64,000 bases of DNA from Candidatus Thorarchaeota archaeon (GTDB taxonomy: Archaea; Asgardarchaeota; Thorarchaeia; Thorarchaeales; Thorarchaeaceae). Under the pieces are notes generated by a model. It was not told the DNA's origin and searched no databases. It saw nothing but the letters and a program-made list of their open reading frames with translations. The translations under genes and the position numbers were made by a program. The stretch spans positions 1 to 64,000 of the forward strand of contig JAWOEX010000045.1 of NCBI GenBank assembly GCA_046482545.1, read 5' to 3'. Positions 29,909 to 39,101 of this stretch are shown here, in pieces. Each line of letters begins with the position of its first letter. Positions within the stretch are counted from its first letter, which is position 1.

Positions 29909-30928
29909 ATGAATTCATCCCCTATTGATCTCATTAAAACAACTATTTCACATGAAGAGCCGGAACGCGTTCCTGTACTCCCTCTTGTCGGTTTACTTTC
30001 TGCCAAGCTTTCAAATGAATCAACATTGGAGCTTCTTAGAAATCCCGATGTACAAGCTAAATCTCTTCTTCATTCAATGGAGAAGTTTGGCTATGATGGG
30101 GTTTTTACCGTAATGGACTTGACTGTGGAGTCTGAAGCACTTGGTGCGGAAATCGAGTACGGTTCGGACAGATTTCCTTATGTATCTCGACACCCTCTGA
30201 ATGATTTGAGTGAAGTTTCGGATTTGAATATTTATTCCTCGGAAGAGAGTAGATTATCAGTTTTCGTAGGGGTGACGGAACGCCTCAGACAGTCTATTGG
30301 CAACACACATTTAGTAAGCAGTTATGTAGTGGGTCCTTTCACATTGGCAGGACAATTGTTCGGTGTTAGCACGATATTGGAGCGAACAGTCGATGATTCA
30401 GACTCCGTGAAGAGATGTATCCACGACTGTACTCGTCTTCTTCAACCGTATATCACCGACTTAATTGATGCAGGCGCGCATAATATCGTGATTTTGGAAC
30501 CAACTGCCAGTAATAACGTGATATCTCCCCAGTATTTCGAAGAATACTGTTCACCATATGTTCGGGACATGATTGAGTCAATACAATCAGCAGGTGCCAT
30601 CGCTACGCTTCATATTTGTGGAGATACAAATAGAATAATTGGGAATATGTGTGATACCGGAGCTAACGCACTTAGCATTGATTCTGCTGTGAATCTTGTC
30701 CAGGCAAAAAGAGTGGCTCGAAATAAGTCTACTCTGATTGGTAATGTGGACACAACGCTTTTGCTGAGAGGCACACATCAAGAGGTATTGAATGCGGCCA
30801 ACGAATGTTTAGAAGCAGCTTCGAAGGGTGGAGGTTTTATTCTTAGCAGTGGTTGTGATTTCCCTATTGAGACGCCACCAGCGAATCTTGAGGCCCTAGT
30901 ACAGGCGGCAACCACTCATGTTGCGTAA
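29909..30928 (+). CDS. MtaA/CmuA-family methylcobamide:thiol methyltransferase (MT2, UroD fold)
   Basis: DLTVESEALG, VGPFTLA, LHICG (Zn ligands), LSSGC. Confidence 0.85.
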   Translation: MNSSPIDLIKTTISHEEPERVPVLPLVGLLSAKLSNESTLELLRNPDVQAKSLLHSMEKFGYDGVFTVMDLTVESEALGAEIEYGSDRFPYVSRHPLNDLSEVSDLNIYSSEESRLSVFVGVTERLRQSIGNTHLVSSYVVGPFTLAGQLFGVSTILERTVDDSDSVKRCIHDCTRLLQPYITDLIDAGAHNIVILEPTASNNVISPQYFEEYCSPYVRDMIESIQSAGAIATLHICGDTNRIIGNMCDTGANALSIDSAVNLVQAKRVARNKSTLIGNVDTTLLLRGTHQEVLNAANECLEAASKGGGFILSSGCDFPIETPPANLEALVQAATTHVA

Positions 30929-30958
30929 GACCTTTCATGTTTGTGAAACTCTTCATAG

Positions 30959-32596
30959 GTGGAGTACAGATTGGAAAAGAAACTGCTGATTTTTGAGCCA
31001 TCTGGTGCAAGAATCCTAGTTGATGCGGAAGCGACCTATCTAAAAGCTATACGAGAAAGCGGAAGATATGTCCCTGCTGATTGTGGGGGGAAGGGCACAT
31101 GTGGAAAATGCCGCATAGTGGTACAACCTAGTCCATCCCCAACGAACTCCGATTTGGAGCACTTGTCCGAAGAAGAATTAGAGTCTGGAGTACGACTTGC
31201 ATGCCAGCATACCGTTGAGAATAATCGTCGAATCCTAATTCCTTCTGAAGCTGGAGAGGCCAAAATCCTTGTTGACGCTTTAATTTCCCGGCCGCTAGTC
31301 CCTGAGATTGGTGAAGCTGGAGACATCGGTATTGCGATTGATCTTGGTACGACGACAATTGTATGTTACTTCATAGAATTAGGATCTGGGACACAGATTG
31401 ATGTAAGAAGGGAGATTAACCCGCAGATTGCATTTGGCGAAGATGTGATAAACAGACTGACCTATGCAATGAACAACCCTGGCGGACTTCAGGAATTGCA
31501 GGATGTCGTGTGGTCCAAAATCGCCACGTTGGTGGAAAGCTTTCTTGAAGCAAGTGGAACTGAAAACATGAGACTGACAACCGGGGCCATGGTGGGGAAT
31601 ACAGCTATGCATCACCTAGCCTTGGCTCTACCTGTTGAATCACTATCTACAGCCCCGTACAAACCTACTGAAACCAAGTCTCGTATAGTACAAGGGTCAG
31701 ACTTGGGTCTCAGCTGCCTTCCTCAATGCGAATTCTACTTCGCACCTAATATATCGGGTTATGTGGGGGGTGACGCACTGGGTTTCATTCTGTCACAAGC
31801 ACTTCACGAGTATCAGGGAGTTGCGCTGGGGATTGACGTAGGAACAAATGGTGAGATAATTGGTGTTGATAATGGAGAACTTTATTGCTGTTCCGCGGCC
31901 GCGGGTCCTGCCTTTGAGGGTGCTAGAATCGCCTGCGGAATGAGAGCACAAGATGGTGCCATAGAGCATATGATAACAGCAAGTTCGGAGGCAGCACCAG
32001 AACTATCGGTTCTAGGGAATTCCAAGCCTGTTGGCATCTGTGGTTCTGGAGTTCTTGATGCAATAGCTGAGTTAAGAAAAGTCAATCTCATCGATAAATC
32101 GGGGAGACTTCTGGATGGAAAGCGTATACACAAAATCGGACAGCACGAGAAAGCCTACGTGATTGCATCGCAGAATGAGTATGGAATTAAAAAGCCAGTT
32201 TTCATCAGTCAGAAAGATGTGCGAGAAGTACAGCTAGCAAAGGCGGCAATTCGAGCTGGCGCTGAGATCGTTCTCGATAAGCTTGGCTATACCGCTACCA
32301 ATTTGGATGCCGTATTTTTGGCAGGTGCATTTGGGAACTACATGAAACCGGAAAGCGCATTGAGTATAGGGCTATTACCTCCAATAGACTCCGACAAGGT
32401 TGTACCAGTTGGTAACGCCGCAGGTGATGGCGCAAAGAGAATACTTGTGTCACATCATGAAAGAGAGACCATTGAACGGATTTCGGAGTCCGCTAAATAC
32501 ATCGAACTTGCTTCCCAGATAGAATTCAATGATCTCTTCTCTAGAGCAACTCAACTCACACCTGAAGTCCCGACTATAGACGAGCTTACATCTTGA
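30959..32596 (+). CDS. Corrinoid reductive activator (RACo/DUF4445): 2Fe-2S plus ASKHA ATPase
   Basis: CGGKGTCGKC...RLACQ, IDLGTTT, DVGTNGE, AAGPAFEG, QLAKAAI, AGAFG. Confidence 0.92.
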   Translation: MEYRLEKKLLIFEPSGARILVDAEATYLKAIRESGRYVPADCGGKGTCGKCRIVVQPSPSPTNSDLEHLSEEELESGVRLACQHTVENNRRILIPSEAGEAKILVDALISRPLVPEIGEAGDIGIAIDLGTTTIVCYFIELGSGTQIDVRREINPQIAFGEDVINRLTYAMNNPGGLQELQDVVWSKIATLVESFLEASGTENMRLTTGAMVGNTAMHHLALALPVESLSTAPYKPTETKSRIVQGSDLGLSCLPQCEFYFAPNISGYVGGDALGFILSQALHEYQGVALGIDVGTNGEIIGVDNGELYCCSAAAGPAFEGARIACGMRAQDGAIEHMITASSEAAPELSVLGNSKPVGICGSGVLDAIAELRKVNLIDKSGRLLDGKRIHKIGQHEKAYVIASQNEYGIKKPVFISQKDVREVQLAKAAIRAGAEIVLDKLGYTATNLDAVFLAGAFGNYMKPESALSIGLLPPIDSDKVVPVGNAAGDGAKRILVSHHERETIERISESAKYIELASQIEFNDLFSRATQLTPEVPTIDELTS

Positions 32597-32722
32597 TTAT
32601 ATGAATGATAAAATGTATGCAGCAATCATATTTCAGAGGCCTAATCATACTTGAAGAATTCATTCGAAAAGAAATGCAGCAAAGGCCCATAGCTGAGAAG
32701 GCATGGAATAAGTCAATCAGAA

Positions 32723-32927
32723 GTACAGACGAGCGGGGTTAGAGAACAGGGAGTTTACCCCTCCTGACACTGTTGAGCACCCTCTACATTTTGCACAAGA
32801 TTACAACGTTAAGTCGACAGGCCGTCCGGCTACAGACTATCTTCGATTTTTTTAACAATCCGTTTGCTATTTCCAATTCTATTCGCAAGTCCTCAGTATC
32901 CCATTTCTCCAGTTGTTTCTCATAGAC
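32723..32927 (+). repeat. Repeat R6: diverged full trailer copy plus a 32-codon gene tail
   Basis: GTACAGACGAGCGGGGTTAGAGAACAGGGAGTTTACCCCTCCTGACACTGTTGAGCACC...; the minus-strand tail reads VYEKQLEKWDTEDLRIELEIANGLLKKIEDSL*. Confidence 0.94.
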
Positions 32928-33049
32928 GCGGTAATTCTCCTTTGATACTGATTTATACTGAAGAGCAAAACTGGATTATTTTCATGAAAGATACAATGTT
33001 TTCGTCTATCAATATACAGAGGCGGAGAGTGTTATTGGATCTGTGATAT

Positions 33050-33139
33050 TCATCCCTTTCTCTTTGCTCGTTTCTTGATTATCTTGGCCATTTCTTTCTC
33101 GATATCTTCATCGAGAGGTTCAACTTGGTGCACCTCCAG
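33050..33139 (-). pseudogene. C-terminal remnant of a second MttB-like methyltransferase
   Basis: LEVHQVEPLDEDIEKEMAKIIKKRAKRKG* versus the intact LETHEVEPLDKDIEKEMRKIIKKH*. Confidence 0.8.
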
Positions 33140-33416
33140 ATAACCTGTTCCTTACAGTTGCGTAGACTGCATGAAACTTCTGTGTTCCACCCTTCCCCTG
33201 CCAGCGTCACCGCCCCCAAGGCTACCCGAAGGCCCGTGAGTCAGCAGGGGCTTTGTCCGCGTTCATTGGAACAGGGTTCCTCCCGCGGTCCTGGCTTCCG
33301 TCTCCTGTCGTTGCTCCGGGTCACACTCCCGGCGACAGCGAGGTCTTCCACAGTTCTTACCACGGCGTGGTCATGATCACCCATCTCAGCCTTGTCACCG
33401 TAGCCGAGAAGGTCCA

Positions 33417-33707
33417 TTACAGAACGGTGAACAGCCGCGGACTCTCCAGATAGACCTCTTTTTGGCTAGCCTCGATTTTCAGTTCTTCCGTTGCCTTGGC
33501 TGATAAGATAAGTCGACTGAATTCTCTAAGATGAATTGCGTTTCGGTTGACCTGATCTGAGAGATTATTTAGAACTTCCACTACATTCTTCTCACCTGAT
33601 TCTATTATAAGATTCAACGTAGCGATTCTTTCAGAATTGATGTAGAGTTGTTGTATTTCATCCTCCCTCATGCAATAATCTGCGAAAACATTACAGTGTT
33701 CAATCAA
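33417..33707 (-). CDS. Hypothetical protein (96 aa), possibly a fragment
   Basis: ORF only. Confidence 0.35.
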   Translation of the reverse strand: MIEHCNVFADYCMREDEIQQLYINSERIATLNLIIESGEKNVVEVLNNLSDQVNRNAIHLREFSRLILSAKATEELKIEASQKEVYLESPRLFTVL

Positions 33708-33853
33708 GCTGATGAAATTACAGAACGTAGTATTATGTATGAACGATCAATCGATAATGTGAGATGGTGAATCATTTGAATGGAGATTCATCTAGGCTAA
33801 CAGAATTTCGCTGAAGTGTAGCTCTTTTATCCCACACGAGACAATATTTCACC

Positions 33854-34729
33854 TTGATACATATGTCAAAACCTTTCAAAGAGCTTCTTGCAGAGAAATT
33901 GGCCTACAAGCTTACGAAAGAAGAGCTAAAAGCTTTACCATCCGGCTATCAACGGATCGGTGATATTCTCATAGTTCACCTACGAGCTAAGATTGCGGAA
34001 TACAAATCTTTGATTGGTGAGACTATTCTCAGATTGGTTCCGCATGTGAGAACGGTGTGTCAGAAAACCGGAGGAATTTCAGGAGCCATGCGTCTGCCAG
34101 AAATCGAGGTCATTGCGGGGGATCCAAATACTGTTACAGTGCATAAAGAGAACGGATGTCTCTTCAAGCTCGATGTCTCCGAAGTGATGTTTGCGAAAGG
34201 AAACATTACTGAACGGGCACGCATTGCACAAGAAGTTGGCGAAAACGAGACCGTTGTCGACCTGTTTGCTGGGATCGGTTACTTCTCCATCCCGATTGCG
34301 GTCTTGGCCAAACCAACCCGTATCTACTCAATAGAACTAAATCCAACGAGCTTCAAATTTTTGAAGGAAAACATCAAAATCAATGAAGTTGAAGACACCG
34401 TGACACCTTTACTCGGTGACTGTAGAGATCATGCAGTTCGACTGGCTGATGTTGCAGACCGCGTGATTATGGGATATCTGCCTGCGACCTATGAATTCCT
34501 GCCAGCAGCCTTTCGGTCTCTCAGTAAGCATGGTGGTATTATCCATTACCACGACGTCTTCCATGAATCTGAGATTTTCCAGAGACCCGTAGAGATTCTT
34601 GAAGAACACGCGGAGGAAGCGGGTTATCAGGTGGAACGCGTTCTGACAAAACGTGAGGTGAAAAGCTATGCACCAAGAGAGCTGCATGTAGTGCTTGACG
34701 TTGAATTTGCAGAATCGAACACACGGTAA
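33854..34729 (+). CDS. taw2: tRNA wyosine-pathway aminocarboxypropyltransferase Taw2/TYW2 (Trm5/TYW2 family)
   Basis: YQRIGDI, HKENGC, MFAKGNITERARI, DLFAGIGYF, DRVIMG, VKSYAP. Confidence 0.8.
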   Translation: MIHMSKPFKELLAEKLAYKLTKEELKALPSGYQRIGDILIVHLRAKIAEYKSLIGETILRLVPHVRTVCQKTGGISGAMRLPEIEVIAGDPNTVTVHKENGCLFKLDVSEVMFAKGNITERARIAQEVGENETVVDLFAGIGYFSIPIAVLAKPTRIYSIELNPTSFKFLKENIKINEVEDTVTPLLGDCRDHAVRLADVADRVIMGYLPATYEFLPAAFRSLSKHGGIIHYHDVFHESEIFQRPVEILEEHAEEAGYQVERVLTKREVKSYAPRELHVVLDVEFAESNTR

Positions 34730-35279
34730 GGATTTGAGAATCGACTTTCCGAACTACAGGTAGAGCTTCTTATCTACCATGAAAAATTATACGCGTCAAA
34801 CCATCAAATTTCAGCTTGGAGCTGATAATCTTCCTTTGAGCGGGAAATTCAATGAATCGGGGCGAGTGAGAGAAGGACCGCAGCCTGTGGCCCCTCTATC
34901 TCAGAGACTCCCAGCTTGTTCTCATCACAACAGACAGCACACTAGAAAGCGTACTATGGGCCAGAAGAATGCTTTCCGATATCCATTCTTGGACCGGGGT
35001 GCAATTCTACTGTGCATAGCAAATAAACAGGATATTCCTACCGCACTTACAGGGGAACGAGTAGGAAGTATCCTAGGAATTGAAACGATTCCACTAACAG
35101 CGCTCGATATGTTTGACTCCTTGGAGCGCTCAAGTCTCATAGAGAGGATAATCGATTTCCTTGGCCTTCGGCGCGATACTCCTCATCTGAGAGCAGTATG
35201 AACTTGTGTGGTCAGTACGTGGAAGAGATGGCCAAACAGATATTCCTTGACAATCTCATCTGTGTGGTATTTTCTCCTC

Positions 35280-35864
35280 TCAATAGCTCGTATAATGAAC
35301 CATGAAGTAGGCTTGGTCGTGGTCACACGCGGGACATTTCGGTGGGGGAGTATCCCCTTCGTGTCTATAACCGCAGTTGGAACAACGCCACTCGATTTTT
35401 TCATCCCGCTTGAGAAGAGTACCCTCCTTCAGTTGTTCAGCCAAACCAATGTAGCGCTCGTGGTGCCACGTTTCAGCTTTCGCAATCATTCTCCAGGCGG
35501 TTGCTATCGTGCTGAAACCCTCCTCCTCTGCTATATCTGCATAATCTGGATACATCTCGGAGAACTCATGCTTTTCTCCTTCAGCAGCAGCTCGCAGATT
35601 CTCTTCGGTGCTTGCAAGCGGACCGGAAGGGAAATCCCATTCAATTTTCAGCGTTGAGGTTGCTCCTCCTTCCTTTAAGAATTTGAAGAAGCGTTCAGCG
35701 TGCTCCTTTTCATGACCGGCAGTCTCTTTGAAAATATCTGCAATGTGGGGAAACCCCTCTTTCTTTGCTAGACTCGCGTAGAAGGTATACCTCATTCGAG
35801 CTTGGCTTTCTCCAGCGAAAGATGTCAGCAGATTCTTCTCGGTTTCTGTTCCTCTCAAATTCAT
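35280..35864 (-). CDS. rbr: Rubrerythrin
   Basis: FAGESQAR, EKEHA, EGEKHE, C-terminal CSNCGY...CPAC. Confidence 0.95.
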   Translation of the reverse strand: MNLRGTETEKNLLTSFAGESQARMRYTFYASLAKKEGFPHIADIFKETAGHEKEHAERFFKFLKEGGATSTLKIEWDFPSGPLASTEENLRAAAEGEKHEFSEMYPDYADIAEEEGFSTIATAWRMIAKAETWHHERYIGLAEQLKEGTLLKRDEKIEWRCSNCGYRHEGDTPPPKCPACDHDQAYFMVHYTSY

Positions 35865-36218
35865 CCGTGATTACTCCTTACCTTGCTGCTCTAGATACTT
35901 CCTGTTATCAATGCAGAGGTCAACAAGTATCCGTTTTCTCGTTGGTCTTCTAATAAGACTGGAGTTAGATACGCCTAAGTTTACAGCTAATCGACCTCGA
36001 CCTACGGGGCCCTATCCATGATTGATGCACTGTTTATGCTACTCAGCACAAGCGATTTGATTGTAGAACTGGGCCTGATTGTGGTTTGAGAATCATGTGT
36101 TAACCGTGTGTATGTTCTTGACCGTTTTTACTAGTACTTCGGGTGACTATGAACAACGACGGATATCGGTTGTTGGTGCTTTTATGATACACTACGATAC
36201 TCATTTGGGGAGCAACAA

Positions 36219-37370
36219 TTGGAACGTGACGAGCACATCATTGAAGCAGCAAAATGGCGCCAGTACGACCTTCTGAATCAACTGGTAGAACGAGAAATAT
36301 CTGAATGGGGATGGTTAAGCATCAAGAAGATATTCCTTGTACGCGAGAACAAGATTTCTCTTCCCCGGATTAGGGATGCTGTTCTTCATCTCTTGGGACT
36401 AGATAGTGTTCGGGGCATTGATACCGGTTACGAAACCCTGCTGCGCAATAGAGATGTAGGTGGCGAATCACTTGCCAAGGTTAGAGAGTCTGCTCATGAT
36501 ATTGCGAATGAAATACTCTCGGACATGATTGAGAACAGGAATACCTACCTCCTTGATATTGATGCTATGTCAATTGGACCCTTTGCAGTACTAATACCGG
36601 ATATACTGGATGCGAGAAGAGCCGAGATTCTTGACCTTCCTTCACATTGCACAGTCAGTAATATGGTTGAGACAGCCTATGGCTATTCTGTTCTCACAAC
36701 ATGTGGCTCCTTGACTTCAAGTAGGCAAGAGGGCTTTCAACGTATGAGGACAGCGATGAATGAGATTGCAGAAGAGATGGATACGGAAATTACAATCAGC
36801 TCCTCACCGCTGCAACTAGGCAACCGCATCTCTGGTTTTGAAAACTGCAGTCGCTGTACACGAGATGTCCTCTGGCACATTCTTAGGATGATGACTTACA
36901 GAGGTAAACAGGCTGTTCGGAAATCTGCCAAGTTCGTCAGAGATCATGCAGACTCCCGTTTCCTACCTTGGTTACATCGCTATCTATCCGATGCTAAGCT
37001 CTACTACACTGCTGTCAAAATCATGAAGGCACTAGGGAATATTGGACACCCCTCATCAGCTGACTACCTGCTTCCTTTTACCCGTCGTAGGGGCAACTGG
37101 GGACGAAGCTCAATCAATGCGTTAGCAAATCTCTCAGGCAATGATACTGCCAAACTGCTCATCAAGACTGTCAATACTCGATACCATCGTATCTATCGGC
37201 TTTATCGTCTTCTCAGTAACCGCCCTCCGGAAGAGGTTCTCCCACTCTTGGAACAACTGGATGACGATTCCAACGGTTACTCAAACCGGTTGATTAACCG
37301 TCTCAAGACACGGAAACAAAAGGAATTACACGAACGGGAAGCGGCTCTTGCGTCTCGTGAAAGAAACTGA
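36219..37370 (+). CDS. HEAT-repeat-containing protein
   Basis: C-terminal ALGNIGHP and ALANL repeats; paralogous to 48149..49324. Confidence 0.7.
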   Translation: MERDEHIIEAAKWRQYDLLNQLVEREISEWGWLSIKKIFLVRENKISLPRIRDAVLHLLGLDSVRGIDTGYETLLRNRDVGGESLAKVRESAHDIANEILSDMIENRNTYLLDIDAMSIGPFAVLIPDILDARRAEILDLPSHCTVSNMVETAYGYSVLTTCGSLTSSRQEGFQRMRTAMNEIAEEMDTEITISSSPLQLGNRISGFENCSRCTRDVLWHILRMMTYRGKQAVRKSAKFVRDHADSRFLPWLHRYLSDAKLYYTAVKIMKALGNIGHPSSADYLLPFTRRRGNWGRSSINALANLSGNDTAKLLIKTVNTRYHRIYRLYRLLSNRPPEEVLPLLEQLDDDSNGYSNRLINRLKTRKQKELHEREAALASRERN

Positions 37371-37527
37371 ATAGGAATCGAGTCCATCTTACTATCTGCT
37401 TCTTTTGACACCTATCTTCTCATTTGTTTGGTCACTGAGAAGCAGAATAACTCAGAAGACACATATCCTTTTCAGGAAGAATCATTTGTCACTGTAAACC
37501 ATACGTACCTGATTAGGGGAAGGTGCC

Positions 37528-38484
37528 TTGGTCAATCAAGAGTCAATAAGCGAGAACGCTGACCTAGACGAAATACAATGTAATCGGGACCTAGAGTATC
37601 AGCTGTTTAGAGTGAACAGTGATTATTTGATTGACAACACTTTCATCCTGAGGTCAGACAGCTCGCTTGAGATACTCCTTTCTCCTTGGATTGTAGGTGC
37701 AAATCTTGCTGGAAGCGCACAAATCAGCAGTGCTGAATTCCTCCGCGTCGCCTTCGAGATATGTCCTGAACTTCGAGAAGCAACCCTTGAACAGGTCGCT
37801 GAAATTGTTCCTCTTGCCGGTGCTCTATACTATCGTATGACACAGGCATTTCAGGAGATCTTTGGTGAGACACTTAACCGCTGTTTCGTAGGGGCCCAGA
37901 GAAGGAAGACCACGGATGGTTGGATTACGGACTTATCATATGAGAATTATGAAGCAATGCCTTCAAATGCGGTTGTACTGATTGGTGATACTATTGCAAC
38001 CGGGGGAACCCTGCAACGTATAATCCGCATGACTCTGAAACGCGGTTCTGATATTAGCGCTATAATCATATTCTCAATAGCAGGTGGTGTTAAGGGAGCG
38101 GCACGTATCAGCTGCTATAGTGAGACGATTGGAATTCCTGTTTATCAATTCTATTCCAACGCCATCTTCGGCGTGGCACCCAATGGTACTGACATGTCGT
38201 GGTTGCACCCAGCAACAATCTCTTCGCCTGAAGCTCTAGAACGGGCTATTGCAACATATGGAAGATATCTCTCTAAGAACTGGTGCACCGTGTGGGATTG
38301 GGGTGAAAGAGCAAAGCAACCAGTGAAACATCTTCAGCGGGTCTTGGCCGCATGTAAGATAGAGCGGCAACGGGATTTGTCAGCTAAAACCCTTTCCAAG
38401 ATTGAGAACATCGCTCAGAAAACACAGCATGTTTTGGACCACTGGAAGACCAAGCTTACAGAAATACGGAACACTCAATCCTGA
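37528..38484 (+). CDS. Phosphoribosyltransferase-fold protein
   Basis: PRPP-loop-like VLIGDTIATGGTL. Confidence 0.7.
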   Translation: MVNQESISENADLDEIQCNRDLEYQLFRVNSDYLIDNTFILRSDSSLEILLSPWIVGANLAGSAQISSAEFLRVAFEICPELREATLEQVAEIVPLAGALYYRMTQAFQEIFGETLNRCFVGAQRRKTTDGWITDLSYENYEAMPSNAVVLIGDTIATGGTLQRIIRMTLKRGSDISAIIIFSIAGGVKGAARISCYSETIGIPVYQFYSNAIFGVAPNGTDMSWLHPATISSPEALERAIATYGRYLSKNWCTVWDWGERAKQPVKHLQRVLAACKIERQRDLSAKTLSKIENIAQKTQHVLDHWKTKLTEIRNTQS

Positions 38485-38811
38485 AAACTAGTACCCAAAT
38501 TGAAGTCCAAGAAGGGACAATCCTGTGTATTCTATCATTGGTTTACTTGAACATCCCTGCCGTCAAAGAATACTTCGGTCAATAGAATGAGCCTAACTGA
38601 ACCGTACACTTCTTTCATTTGCTGTGTGGATATTTAGAACATGTGTTCTAAATAACTCAGTTCGAGTGCTGGCTTCACACAATTATCCCATGGATGTTCA
38701 TCGTATTGATGTCCAAAAGATTGAACTTCTATTCCTTCTCGCCCCACGATGTGTATTTGCTCAATTGGTCACATGACAGAGATTATTTTGAATTAGGCGA
38801 GAAAACCATCT

Positions 38812-39099
38812 ATGATTGACATTCGGCTTTATGGTAAGTTCCGCAAACTTGTAGATGGAAGCAAGGCAAGCGAAAACACAGTATTAAGGGTAGAATCCAA
38901 GATTAGTGAGACTTTTGGAGATTTGCTTAAACGATTGGGATTGGATTCAAGCGACATAGGTGATTGCTTCATCAATGGAAGATTGACAAAGCTCTCAGAT
39001 AAAGTGGAAGATGGTGACAGAATAGGCATCTTTCCTTTCAATATGAGACTAATTGACGGGGGTATGCATCTGAAGTACCATCCCCAGCGCCGGACATAG
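38812..39099 (+). CDS. MoaD/ThiS/SAMP ubiquitin-like protein with a C-terminal extension
   Basis: IRLYGKFR...FINGR...VEDGDRIGIFP; the GG is followed by 11 residues. Confidence 0.8.
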   Translation: MIDIRLYGKFRKLVDGSKASENTVLRVESKISETFGDLLKRLGLDSSDIGDCFINGRLTKLSDKVEDGDRIGIFPFNMRLIDGGMHLKYHPQRRT

Positions 39100-39101
39100 T
39101 G

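Noticed and set aside
1488-32927. Interpreting the repeats as a CRISPR array
   Set aside because: Units are 90-200 bp and separated by 0.8-12 kb of genes; no cas genes and no short regular spacers.
33253-33453. 66-aa ORF containing GHTPGD as a metallo-beta-lactamase
   Set aside because: No HxHxDH motif and far too short; likely chance.
34779-35404. Short ORFs between taw2 and rubrerythrin
   Set aside because: No recognisable motifs, and conflicting overlapping frames.
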